Origin: Gnetum montanum
Lineage: Eukaryota > Plantae > Gnetophyta
DNA: 64,000 nt
NCBI GenBank assembly: GCA_015680685.1
Contig: MNCI01000307.1
Location: 117,549-181,548 of the forward strand
Direction: 5' to 3'
A model generated the notes under the pieces. That model saw nothing but the letters and a program-made list of their open reading frames with translations. It was not told where the DNA came from and searched no databases. Shown in pieces: positions 1-13,473 of the stretch (the stretch's first letter is position 1; the number at the start of each line of letters is the position of its first letter). The position numbers and the translations under genes were made by a program.

Positions 1-2243
1 CAAATATGTGTCACCTATCATCATATGATAAAGAAGCAATATTCACCAAAGATATCGACAAAGATTACATAGAAATAATTAACTCAATTCAAAGACATTC
101 AAAATGTAGAGAGGATACCTTCTTATGATTAAAAAATGGTTAATTATATTGCAAGTAATGTATCAAAAAGTTATTTGCAAAAATATTGAACAAACTATTT
201 TTAAAAATTCTAATATTATGTTTACATATTCTTTGTTCAATTGCCAATTCATGAAAACTCTTCATTGTTATACAAGAATTGTGACTTAAAAGAAATTGTA
301 TATGAGCTACTAAGAAATGATAATGGATTGAATAAACATCATAGAATATTTTTTCAAACATGGAGAGCTAACATAGATTGGCAACTTATTTTGTCAAAAC
401 ATGCTATTGTGAAGTACATAACAAAATATTTTGCTAAAGAAAAAAAACTTTTGAATCCTATAATAATATGTTAGAAAAAATTATAAAATTATTGAATAAG
501 ATCACATTGGAAAAAATTAAAAAACTTTGATAACTAAAACAGTAATTGAAAGAGATATAGAAGCACAAGAAGTATCACATATGTTGTTGGAACTACCTTT
601 AGTAGAATGTAGTAGAATTTTTGTAAACTTAAATTTGTCTAATCAAGTATGTAAACAAATAGTTACAAATGAATCCAATAATGAAGAATCATATTCAAAA
701 GATGTTTTCAAAGCATACCTAAATAGACCAATAGAGATGAGTGGTTTAAACCTTTATGAGGTGACAAAAAAAATTATTTACAATCCAAAAAAAAATGTCA
801 TAAGTTATGGAAACAAAAACAAAAAGAAGCCATAGCTCAGGTTCAACTTATATTTTCAGAAAAACCAATTGAGAATATTGAAAAATGGTTAGAGTATTGT
901 CAAATTCAAATATTGCTTTATGTTCCATTTTTTTTATATGAAATAGAAATAGGAACAACAGAAGAACAAATAAGAGCTAATTGGAAAGTACATGAACAAA
1001 CAATTGAAATAATAACTAATAAAACCTAAACCAGTGGAGATAAAATTTGTGAAGATTATGAAGAAGATGTTTATATTGAAAATGTAAATCACCTTCAAAA
1101 TGAATGGGAGCTTTTATTAAGTTTACAACCAACACAAGTTTTAAATCACACAGAAGTAAATATGTTAGGATGAAGAGACATAGACATTTGATATGAATGG
1201 AATAAAATTTATCAAAATCAAATTGAAAAAGTAGTACAATTTCTAAATTCCTTGAAAAATTCTAATACTACACTCATGATGCAACCTAATATAAATTATA
1301 AACAAACATTGAATAACAAACAATAAAACGGTAATGGATTTTATTAAAAATTAGCATATTCAAAGTGAAAAAAAAGGCATTAAAACCATTAAAATTAATA
1401 ATACAAGGTAGTGCTAGCACAAGGAAATATTTTCTAACTAAAACCATTTTTTAAAAAATGACTTTGTTTGTAATGGCTCCAACAAGGGTTGCAACTTTTA
1501 ATATTCAAGAAAAAACAATTTATGCTAGTCTAAAACTATCCATAAAAGGAAAAGAAATAAATAATAATATTATTTTACATTAGTTGTAGAATGATTCTAA
1601 AGACATAAAATATATTCTCAAGAATCAAAACATTTTAAGAATAGTATACACTTATTTGCAAGAAACAATCAAGTAAATGAACACAACAAGAAAATGTATT
1701 AATATTAGTAATTAATCTAATCAATACATATATCCATGTATGATAAAGATTTAGAAGCAGAAATATTAATCACAATTGGGGCAAAAGTAATGTTGATAGT
1801 AAATATATCAACTTGTTATGGTTTGGTAAATGAAACAACTGAAACTATTATAGATATATTTTATAGTAATGAAACAAAGTAACCAACACCACCATCTTTA
1901 GTATTGATTAATTTTTCCAAACTTCTAGTCCATCATTTATGTTTTCTTCAAAGAAAATAGTTCTGATAATGCCACTACAATTTGGTTAAATAAGCAATTA
2001 CCATTAAAACTGGAATGGGCACTTACAATACATAAATCACAAGGCATGGCAATTAACAAAGCTATTGCTGATATTACACATACCTAGCAACTTGGATTAC
2101 ACTATGTAGCACTTTCTCATGTTAGATCATTATGATGCCACAAATTTACCATTAATTTTCTATGACCAATATAAATTTATAAACAAATCAAAATTAGCTC
2201 AAAGAAAAATAAATGAAGAAAATTGTCTAAAACAGTTGTTATA
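1..2243 (+). pseudogene. Helitron Rep/PIF1-like helicase (RepHel), decayed and internally deleted
   Basis: Rep motifs WRANIDWQLILSKHAIVKYITKYFAKE and ERDIEAQEVSHMLLELPL. Degenerate Walker A IIIQGSASTRKY (~1395-1430) and motif Ia VMAPTRVATFNI. GAKVMLIVN..GLVN (~1778-1830). Motifs V/VI QLPLKLEWALTIHKSQG...LHYVALSHV (~1995-2125). Walker B to motif IV is missing after ~1618. Many stops and frameshifts. Confidence 0.9.
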
Positions 2244-2409
2244 AAGAAACACTTTTAGTTCTACATATAGTGACAAGTACAATTTTGATTAATTCATATA
2301 TCATATTGTAAACTTTAGAAATAAATATTAGTTAATTTAAATTATTTTTTCCTATTTATCCCATGATAAAAACTAATATTATGTGAATAACACATTGTCC
2401 ATTAACTTC

Positions 2410-3690
2410 ATGGCTGCTCCACTTAGTTTAATGTCAATATCTGTTCTTGGTCATTATGACAAACATTGGGTTTGTGAAGTTTGTGCAATATACAAAAGTG
2501 GTATGAAGCCATTTGGAAATATCAAAGATGGTAAAAAGGTATAAACTTATCAAGTAATGGATGTTGAGGTATCAATTTCAATTATTTACAATTGTGTTCA
2601 TTGTAGTTTATTTAAATATTAATAAGACTAATTTCAATTATTTATGTTTGTGTTCATTGCAATTTATTTAAATATTAATAGCTACTAACTCATTACTTTT
2701 CATAGGAATCTATTATCAACATTTCATAAACTCAAAATTGTAAAAATGGTAAGTAATTTTATTTCAAAAATAAAATAGTTAATTATTAAAATTTACTAAA
2801 CTTATTTTCTTTGACAAGTATATAAGTATAACTAAATTTAAAAATACACTAATATCTTTATATCCATTAGCTAGAGAAAAAAAACAAGCCACACTATGCA
2901 TATTGACTTAGACTATTCATATTAGTAATGTATGTCAAGTCATAAAAAAAATAAAAACTTTCCTTTTTCAAAACTTATATGATAAATATAACCAAAATAT
3001 GTTTTTACAGGTTAATTTTATTATAGTTACCTATATAATTAACATATCAACCATAAGAGATATTTGTGGTATACAGCCTATTTGAGATGTAGATGCCATG
3101 TTAAGCCTTCCAAAGAAGGAAGCTCAAAAAAAAAAAAAAGATCAGAAAAAATATTATGTGAATGTATTACCTGTGGCATAAAACACAAAAATTATGAATT
3201 ACGATAAATTAGTGTATATTGATTTATAAATTAATAAATTAAATTTTGAATAATTATTAATATTTATAACTTATATTTCATGAAAGAGGTATCTATTCTA
3301 TGTTAAAGTGGTGGATGATAATGCACAAACTTTGATAACAATATATAATGAGGGGGGTAAAACATTATTGGAACATGAAAGCCATGAAATAAAATTAAAA
3401 TAGATACATTTGTTAATTATGTAAGATAATTTATATATTCAAGTTATGCATGTTTTATAGGAAAATGACCTTAAAAGCTTTTCAGAAATACCTAATAATG
3501 TTACTTGATGGATATTTGAGTTCAAAATTTATGTCACTATATCAAAGTTTAGAGAAGTAGAAGAATGATGATACAATGTTGATCAAATAAGAGAACTCCA
3601 ACCAACAAATGAAATAATTAAACAATTTTCCAACATTCAAAAAATAGCATCTGAATTGAAAATATATCATCTAAATAATAAAATAAGGTT
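2410..3690 (+). pseudogene. RPA70 (RPA1)-like ssDNA-binding protein gene with introns, Helitron-associated
   Basis: Exon 2410-2568 (MAAPLSLMSISVLGHYDKHWVCEVCAIYKSGMKPFGNIKDGKKV*TYQVMDVE|gt) resembles RPA70 OB-fold DBD-A. LWYTAYLRCRC...CITCGIKHKNYELR|YLFYVKVVDDNAQTLITIYNEGGKTLL (3061-3400, phase-2 intron) resembles the Zn-finger DBD-C. The last exon from 3461 contains IFEFKIYV. Confidence 0.8.
2575..2686. repeat. ~56-bp tandem duplication in first RPA intron
   Basis: atttcaattattta..tgtgttcattg..tttatttaaatattaata occurs twice in tandem. Confidence 0.8.
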
Positions 3691-3990
3691 TTTATTTTTT
3701 TATTTGCAAACCTTTTGTACATTTTCCTATATATTTTTTCAACTAGTGTACTACCAACACATATTTTTTATTTACAAATAAATTCTTCTACTTGCTACAA
3801 GATCTTTTGAAAGGTACATAATATTACATTGTATTAATAGAGATTTTGTTAAGGCAAACACTCCATAATTATATTCTATGACATTCACAACTATGATTAA
3901 AATGTTTTATTATCAAACTTTAAATTTGGAAAAAACACAATTATGAAAATTATTGCTATCTCATTGAATAAATAAAATTTTCAATAACAT

Positions 3991-4011
3991 TTATTATTAT
4001 TATTATTATTA
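3991..4011. repeat. (TTA)7 microsatellite
   Basis: Direct reading of ttattattattattattatta. Confidence 0.9.
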
Positions 4012-4187
4012 TCAATGAAATGTTATCTTTAATAGCCTATGCATATTTACAATCAAAGTTACTACATAAGATTATAGTTTTAAGAAACAAAAATCAAATT
4101 GCTACTTCTTGCTTTCAAATATTGATATGTAGAGTCAATAAATAGTTAACAAAAGAAAACATACAATAAGAAAACAACAATCCTTAG

Positions 4188-5090
4188 TAATGAAATGTTT
4201 GATGGTCACTGCATCTACTAGGCCACCTATACAAGACCTCATATACGCGGCCGCATCGATGCAGGCCTATCTACGCATCCTTCCATGTGTCGACATGGCC
4301 CCGTTTACATGATGCCTTTTTCAACCTATAAATAAGTGGGCTTATGCCACACTTATTTACCTTTTTTGTCAGTTGTAGTGAAGCTTTTGCAGTTTGTTCT
4401 CACGAGAGTTAGAATATTTTCCAAGTGCCCGCAGTAGGTGTAATGAAGGTTTCTGGCTCTTTATTCAAGTGTTGATGTATCTAAGCCATTAGCATGAACG
4501 GAAATAAAGACGAGCTTTCAAGCATTCCTTGCAGCATTTGGACTTAGTCATTTAATGCATTTAGTAGCTTGATGCTTCTATGCTTTGATAATTACTTAGG
4601 TTTCTCTTATTATTATTTTAATCACTATCGCTCATTCATAGTTCATAGAAACCATATGTACGACCATCTCGAACGTAAATCCAACACTTGGTAACCTAGT
4701 GATGCTTAACATTTGGTAACCCAGTAGTGGTTAGGGGATGATCAGAACCTGCCTAGAAGATGGAATCAGATACTTATGCTAGGAATAGTTAGGATATAGA
4801 TAAGGATAATTATAGATTATATGATATTTCATTCCTTACTTTCCATACCTTAATTAGACGGTAAAAGATAAAGTAAAAATCCATAAAAATCAGTTGCCTC
4901 AATCTCACTTAACCATAGTCACTAGAACATCACAAGTAAGATTGGGAAGACAAAGACCATTCTAAACCAAAGTTTTTATGGTTAGGGTCTGGTGTATGCA
5001 AAGTGCTTACAGTCTACAGAATTCGACCGAGTCACGTCTGAATGTCCGTGATTCATATGGTTGGGCATAGGGGTACCTAGCCGCTCATCA
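4188..5090 (+). repeat. 5' LTR of element A
   Basis: Colinear with 16507-17449. TATA box cctataaata at ~4325. Ends ...gccgctcatca. Confidence 0.95.
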
Positions 5091-5091
5091 T

Positions 5092-5109
5092 TGGCACCAT
5101 TATCAAGGA
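5092..5109 (+). promoter_or_regulatory. Primer binding site, tRNA-Asp type (decayed)
   Basis: TGGCACCATTATCAAGGA versus the Athila-type TGGCGCCGTTGCCGGGGA: all six differences are G>A or C>T transitions. Confidence 0.75.
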
Positions 5110-5236
5110 TTGTTAGTCTTATATGCATCATCTAACCTTAGCAAAATTAAAATTCACACCGTTGGAACAAACCTAGGATAGTAAAAATTTATGCATGCTA
5201 GGTGGATTAAAGTAAAAAGTAAGGTACACTGATTAA

Positions 5237-8200
5237 ATGGATCATCTAATATCCAACATGTCTTCTTCTCATTGGCGAGATGTATCTAACCCATCAGTGC
5301 CACAAGAATGTCGGGTGGTATACAAGCATCCTGATGAATATGTCCCTAACTTCACATTCATCCTCCATCAGGATGAGCATCTGCGATGGTAGGACATGGA
5401 AGGCAACATCATACTACCACTCGACCGATCAGCTCCTCGAATGTTGTTTCACAATCTTGCCAAACTAGGCATCTAGGACCATGGAGTGGAGTATATCATG
5501 GAGGACCATGACTATCGGGACTATCATCCCACTGAGGCCCAACAAGCACGAGACTAGCAACAGGTAGAATGTTATGAACACCTGAAGGGGAAACAATTCA
5601 GTAATCCCTTATTCTTGCAAGGGATGCAGGATGATGTGGAACCTATCTTTCATGATTCCCATTCATCCAAAATTCCTTTAGTCCATCATCCAGAACAAGC
5701 CTCAAAGTGACCAAGATCCTCAAGGGGATGGAGGATCATGTAGTAAGGATGGGCAAGATGATCAAGGTCATCATCAGGGTAGAGGAGGAGATTGACACCA
5801 GAGCGGTGGCAACTCCTCTCCCTCTTCTCCATCCTCTCGCTCTCCTATACCTTCATCTAGTTCATGCTCTGATCATAACCATCATAGAAAAGAGTGAAAG
5901 GATGGTGGTTGTAAGGACCGAATGGAACAACGTGACGGAGTGCGCAACCAATCGTGTAAGGCTCACCATCATGAAAGGAGGGGTAGCTGAAATCATCATA
6001 GACATCATGGTCCTAAGTAGGACTATGACTTGGATGAGCCATTGTTGGCTACTCAAAGCATGCTCCATATAGTCGAGGTAGTTCAGATCCCTAGTAGGCA
6101 CGTAAAGGACAGCTATATCAAACACATTGGCATGAACAACATCTCCAAATTTGAAGGGGGATAAAATTATGATCCGCAAACTCACCTATAGGCGTTCCAT
6201 GATGCTTGCACCCTGTAGAATATTGATAAGGATTGGTAGAAGCTTGAGCTCTTCCCTCATACATTCATCAAGGAAGCAAAAAGTTGGTACCAGTCCTTGG
6301 AACCAAAATCAATCAAAAGATGGAGTACGATGCTTGAGATTTTCAATAAAAAGTATCAAACATACTCCAGAGTGGTGAATCTGAGACATCAAATCCAAGG
6401 ATGAAAGCAAGGAAATCATGAACCCTTGGATGCAGCCATGAGAAGGTACTATTCATTGTTACATCAGTGCCCTGGTCATGGCTACTCTCAATGGGAACAA
6501 CTTTGCCATATCATTGATGGGTTCCGCTTTGAAACAAGGAAAATCATTGGCATGTACACCTAGGGACGATTATTAGAACTAAGGGCCAATTAAGTACAAC
6601 GCCTCATTGAGCAAGTGACCAAAGAAGAGGGGGAACTCAAAAAGAAGGAGAGTGCAGAGGAGTTTAATTGGGATCCTTCCATCAGAAAGAGGAAAATCCG
6701 ATTTTGTGAAGATTAGGAGGAATCACCACTAGAAGCAATAGTAAACCTAAAGACCTTACCTTTAAAAAAATTTTCACCTAAAATATTGGCAAAGGTTGAT
6801 AAGATGTGTGACTCTTTGGACAAAAAATTTGAAAGTATGCTGAAAATTGTAGAAGAGTCCAGAGAACAAGGTAATGATCCTGATCGGTGTAGGAAGAAGG
6901 AAGCTGAATGTGCCCAACATAAGGGTAAGGGAAAAGTTACTGTAGTAAAATAGGTTGTAGACTCTAACACAGAGGAGGATGATGAATGTGGCATATGCCA
7001 ATATGAACATCCTAAGAGGTGTTGTCTTGTGGTGTCAAATCTCCAAGAGTCTAGGGTGTATGCGTTGAATCCTTGCTTGGTGAAGCGGAAAACACCACAA
7101 AGGTTGCCTTACCCTCAAGGAAATCCTAGGTAGTTCCACCAACAACAGCAAGGATATTATCCAGGTGAAGTGCCATTGCAACCTTATGAGCACTTCTAGT
7201 AGTGGAGGCATCCACAAGCCTGGGGAATGCCACCTCCAAGGCAACAGTACCCTTACCAATAGTTAGATCCCTATGGGTACTACGTTCAGCAACCAGTATC
7301 TCCATAGGACTCTTCTAGTCATGTCACATTTTAGAATTATTACCACCCCCAAAAATATTTTTGACCACAATCTCCATCACCCAAGGGAGAAAGCCCACAT
7401 CTCTACTATCCTACATCACCTTCACCTTCCACTCCTTCTCCACAATATCCCACTCAGCTACCACCTACTCCACCTATGCAGGGGGAGATACTGCCACATC
7501 CACAGCAACAAAACACTACGAGGGTAGTCAACCTACAACTGACACCTCAGTCAAGTGGATCAGAATCCAAACAATAAAAATGTCCTTTTTTCTTGTCCAA
7601 TAATCTGAACACACCCTCACATACACTTGTGGCCAGTTCCTTTGAACCTCAAAGCACCTCCACCATTCCACCACTCGAGCAACCTTGAAACCAACCATCC
7701 TCCAATGTCCAAACGGTCATGCTCACACATGTCGTGACCAACTAGATAAAGGCAGGGTATCTTCCCTAAAAATAGACTAATCCAAGAAGCCCCCTCATCT
7801 ATCTTCAAGTGGCAGGGAATTAGCCATAGAAAGCTCTTCTGGACTTAGGTTCAGGAGTCAATTTGATCTCACATGACATGTACAAGAATTGAAACCTGCC
7901 CCCATTAAGGAAGAGCAACATTCGACTCAAGCTAGCAGACCAATCCATCACTATCCCCTTGGGATTAGTGGAGGACATTGTGACCACTGTTTGTGGGTGG
8001 TCTTTTCCTACTGATTTCCTTATCATCCGTGTGGAGAATTACAAAGGGAACTTTCCAATCATAATGGGAAGAGCTTAGTTGAGCATGGTGGATGCAAGAC
8101 GAGAACTCCAAAATCTTTCCCTTGAAATTTTAAAGAAAAATCCATTTGGAAAGATTGAGAAGAAGCATGTTCCATGCATCATGTACAGTGACACAGGGTG

Positions 8201-11200
8201 CAAATGTGTGCAATAGTTATGGTCTGCTAAGCAGAAATCCATTCAAGCATGTAGTCGATGTACCGAGGAATCACCAGTTCAATAGTGCCTATACATAGCA
8301 GCCACCAACCAAGAGGGCACCTAGTGGCTAACAGCTAATCCTACTAGTAGCACATTGTGCATGGAACCGTCTGAGGGGCTTGTATGAGGCTACATAGAAA
8401 GCATGGATGAAATGGAAGAGGTTCATCAACAAGTCTCCACTGTTGATGATCATGATGATTGGGGAAAGTTACAAATCCCTAAAAGCTTCAAAAAAGAGCC
8501 CCTAGATCTCAAGTCTATATCGGCCCACTTAGGATATGCAGTTTTGCAAAATGGGAAGCTAGTAATTATCAATGCCATCCTTGCTCCTCAACAAAAGAAA
8601 AAGTTGCTAAAGGTGGTGAACAAATGGGATGCCACGTTTGCATGGTCATATCCTAAGTTAACCAAAGTTGATCCCAGGGTTTGCCAGCATTGGATTTATA
8701 TTGACTCCTCCATGAAGCCACGACGCCAACCACAAAGGTAGTTGAACCCCAAATTGAAGCAAGTAGTCAAAGATGAAATTGAGTAGTTGCTAAAGGCAGG
8801 GTTCATCTATTCTATTGCCAATAGCAAATGGGTCAGTCCACTCATTATTGTCCTGAAGAAAGGTGGAAAATGAAGGATCTATATAGATTTTCGATTGCTC
8901 AAAATGGCTACCTTCAAGATCACTTCCCACTCCCATTTGTGGACCAGGTGTTGGACACCAATGCAGGGCACCGTTCTTATAGCTTTGTGGATGGTTATAG
9001 TGGCTATAACCAAATCCAAATTTCACTAGAGGACCAAACCAAAAAAACTTTCACATGTCCATGGGGGACTTTTGCATATAAGAAGATGCCTTTTGGCCTG
9101 TGTAATGCACCTACCACTTTCCAACAGCTTGTCCTCAACATTTTCCAATAGCAAATTGGCAATGGGGTAGAAGTCTTCATTGATGACTTCTCTACCTATG
9201 GGACCACATTCGATCAAGCCATGGACCACCTTGAGTAAGTTCTAAAAAGGTGTGTAGACACTAATCTATAATGCAATTGGCAGAAAGGCCACCTTATGGT
9301 CCAAGAAGGCATTGTGTTGGGTCATCGTATCTCATACACAAGGATTAGCGTGGATCTTGAAAAGATTAGGATCATCCAAGGAATCACCCAACAACCAAGC
9401 ACTATAAAAGATGTTTGGTCATTCCTTGGCCACACTAGTTACTACCGGCGCTTCATTGAAAATTTCTTGAAGACTGCCAAGCCATTGATAGAACTCACAA
9501 AGAAAGATGCTATGTTCATCTGGACCAAGGAATGTGAATCTACATTCCAATTTCTTAAACAAAAACTCGTAGAGACTCTAGTTCTATGGGCACTTGATTG
9601 GTCCAAGCCCTTCCACATTATGATGGATGCATCCAATTATGCCTTGAGATTTGTGCTTACACAATGTGATGATCAAAAACATCCATACTATATCCACTAT
9701 GCAAGGCATATCATTGTGGATGCTCAGCTTAACTACAGCACCACTAAAAAGGAGTTGTTGGCGGTGGTGTTCTCCTTGGAAAAATTTCAACACTATGTGC
9801 TCGGATACAAGGTGTTTGTGCATACTAACCATAGTGCTATTTGGTTCCTAATGAACAAACCAACGGTGAGCCCCCACATCATCTGATGGCTGGTGATTCT
9901 TCAGAAGTTTAACCTTACCATGGTAGACTGGAAGGGGACCGAGAATGTGGCTGCTGACCACTTTTCTTGGTTGTGATGGGATGATGCACAAGAGGAGGAG
10001 CCCCTCTTTGACCAATTTCCACATAAACTCCTCTTTGTGGGTGCAGTTGATTCGCAGGTGCCCAAGGCATCACCTTGGTTTTGCCACATCCTCACCTACC
10101 TCACAACTCAAGAGTTGCCAAAGGAGTGGAACCACTAGCAGAAACAATAGTTTCTCCATAAGGCCAAGCATTTCATGGAAATCAACGGCCACCTTTATAA
10201 GGTGTGCACAGATGGCTTGGTTCGATGGTGTGTCCCTGATGATAATACACTGCATGTCCTCCAAGATGCTCATGAGGGCCCTTGTGGGGGCCACTATGCT
10301 GGATGCTTCATAGCCATTAAGATCTTGCTTGCAAGGTATTACTAGCCCATAATTTTTAGGGATGCACAATGGATTGTTCGCTCCTACAAATGATGCCAGA
10401 GAGACAGTGGGATGATGGCATAGATGGAGGGACCTCAACAGTGGATCTAACCACTAGAGCCCTTTGACATCTAGGGCATCAACTTCATGGGGCCCATCAC
10501 ACCCCTATCCAATGGAAAGGCGTAAATCATTGTAGCCATGGACTACTACACAAAGTGGCCAGAGACGACATCCATCATTGCTTGTTCTTCAAACACCTCC
10601 GCACGATTTGTTCAACAACAAATCATCAATAGGTTTGGAGTGTCACGTGCACTCATCTCAGATAATGGCACTCATTTCATGAGTGTCGCTTTTCAAAAAC
10701 TCATGCAACACATGGGGGTTACCCATAAATTTACCACACCTTACCACCCCCAAGCCAATGGGTAGGCCAAAGTTACCAATAGGGAGATCACCAGGATCCT
10801 TACTAGAACCATCAGCAAATATAGGAGGGATTGGAGCATCAAACTTAACAATTCCCTCTAGGCCTATCGCTCCACTTGGAAGCTTCCTATAGGTTATTCT
10901 CCCTATGAGTTAGTGTATGGTAAGTTACCAAAATTCCCAATCCAAGTAGAACTCTAGACACTATCCACAGCTAGCGACTTAGTCCTTGACCTCCCACTAA
11001 CACAATGTGAACGACTTATTAATTTAAGTGTGCTAGATGAGAATCAATCAGTGGCCTTGTCTTCAAATGAGATCCATAAGGCCTACAACAAAAAATGACA
11101 TGATCTTAGGATTCAAAAGGTCACATTCAGACGTGGGGACAAGGTATTGTATTGGAACCCCACACATATATCACAACTGACCAAGTCTCAAACACTGTGG

Positions 11201-11425
11201 GAGGGATCTTACATTGTCTTCGAAACCTTCCCATTCAAGGCCTTGCTTATCCACAAACCTAAGGACCCCACAAGAACACAGTTGGTCAACTGGCAACAAC
11301 TGAAACCTTTCTGTGAACTCTACCTAACCAGTGCTACCACCTCATCATCACTCGGACAACCTTGCTCCATTTTTTGCATCTCCTCCTTTCCACCCAGTCG
11401 TGGGGGAGACCATCCTCCATGCTAA
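5237..11425 (+). pseudogene. gag-pol of element A (gag, aspartic protease, RT, RNase H, integrase), many stops/frameshifts
   Basis: Protease KALLDLGSGVNLIS (~7829). RT DHFPLPFVDQVL..SFVDGYSGYNQI..MPFGLCNAPTTFQ..VFIDDFS. RNase H DASNYA..NYSTTKKELLAVVF. Integrase HEGPCGGH, ISDNGTHF, TPYHPQANG. Confidence 0.95.
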
Positions 11426-13473
11426 CCCATTCTCCTTTACACCCCTCACTATTTTTAAAATTTTTGTTTTACACTTTTTTGTTTTTCAACATCATTCATA
11501 TATTTTCCAATTCTTACTAATTTTTCCTTTCTTAAAATTATTTTTCCATTTCCTTGTTATTTATTTATTTATGAGTATGTGTGTGTTTTATTTTCTGTTG
11601 ATTGCTAATATGTCATCTAATTGTCATCAGGTTTGGTGTGGATGGTCTTCGTTGCGATGGGTCACCAGAAATAGCCACTTATTTTACCTTTCTCCTACCC
11701 TTGCATAGTTGTTCTTGGTTTTTTTGTGTCTACTTTCACCTCATAATATCAACAGTGAGTCCACTTCATCCACCCATTCACCCACTCCATGGTTTTCCTA
11801 CTCTTGGAAACATGCAACCACTTTTCACTTAAAGACATTGTAATTAATGTGTGACTTGTGTAGTTCTTAGACTTAGGGATGAACTAATGGTTTGAATTTG
11901 GTGTGACTTCAAGGGGAATGTAACATTTGTTATCCTTTTCTACCCCATGGGTGGTGGGAGTGCCCTTATGGATTTCCTCCCACTCCAAGTTCTTCTCTAC
12001 ATGGAAGCTCCGTGGCAATTTGACCTTGCATGGTGTGGTTCTCATCAAAAATAGAAAATAAAAAAAATGAGGATTCAAAGCACACCCCTTGGTTGAATGC
12101 ATGCACACAAGCATGGGTCTTTGCATGGTGTGGTTCCCACAAATCAAAGAAAACACAAGAATAAAATCTTAACCATGTGGGAATTCAAAGCACACCCCTT
12201 AGACCACCTTTCACGGGCCACAAGCACTACTTATGGGACTTCCTTTATCCTCTCTAACTTGGTCCCATTTCACTTCCATCCTCTCATGTTTGTTGGAGCT
12301 ATGGTTCTCTATGGGTGCATTCCTATCCACTTGGGGGTGGATGGGTCTTCGTATGTTGCTACGATGTCACTAGATGTGGATGGTTTTGGGTCTGAACTTG
12401 GGATAGGTCCTATCAGGTCACTTAACCACAACTACACACAGGGTTTCATGTGACCAAAATTTGGAATTCCACACCTCACTCCTCTCTCTTCACCCACTTC
12501 TCTCCATAACTCACCTCACTGCTGGTCTTATGTTTTGATCATGTGTCGTCATTCCTTTGAACTTCTCATGCCACAACAGGTTCTCATGGATGGGTGTATT
12601 AACTTGCGATCACTATTCCTTAACCCTAGGGCCCACGGATCCTGGTGTTGGGGATATGCAAGGGCTACAAAGGCTACCACCTACTATGGGGAGGACCTAC
12701 TTGCATATTCTTGGTGCCGTTTGTTAGTCTCCCATCCTGTTGGTTTGTTGTTGGCTGGTTTCCATGTTATCCTTTGCTTGATTTCTTTCCCGTGGAGTCC
12801 ATTCTCATCACGTTCTCCTCCTTTGACTCCTTTTCTAGCTCAGCTTCCCTTCCTCTTGTCCTCAGCCATGTTCCAAGCCTCTCATGCTCTTCAATCATCC
12901 CAATTTGGTGTTTTAAATTTATCTTTTCGAGCTTTTTCTGGGCTAGTCAACATTGGTCAATTGGTGTAACCTCCTACATATACAAGGCCCCATATACGCA
13001 ACCCCCTGTGTATACATGGCCGTGTATATGTGGCCCCATCGATGTAGTGCCCAACCCCTATATATATTCCTGCTGCGCTTTAGATTTTCATCATTTTGCA
13101 AACAAATTGAGGGGATATTTTGTCATTTTTTCTATTTGATTTCTTCTCGAGCACCTACATTCCATCGCATGTCCGTATCAACTGATCCTTGCCCTCTTGA
13201 TCACCTAGAGGTATGCTCTAAACCGTGGGAGGGTGAAGCCTATGTAATTAATTAATTAATTAGGACTTTGCACCTCTAAGGGAAGAATGGAAACAACAAT
13301 TTAAACTCCAACTCATCCTTTGTTGGTTTTGGCTCTAACCCATGAATTAACACTTAGGGGGACTTAATGGGATGCCGATGCAAACAATATAACTTAGTTG
13401 AACTGAGAAGGTGTATAAGGACCATCTTGAGCTACTTATGCATAGTCTAATGGGTGGTTATGTTTGATTGTAA

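Noticed and set aside
11331-13255. Hydrophobic ORFs in the track as env/transmembrane proteins
   Set aside because: They arise from the T-rich non-coding spacer and are not conserved as ORFs in element B.
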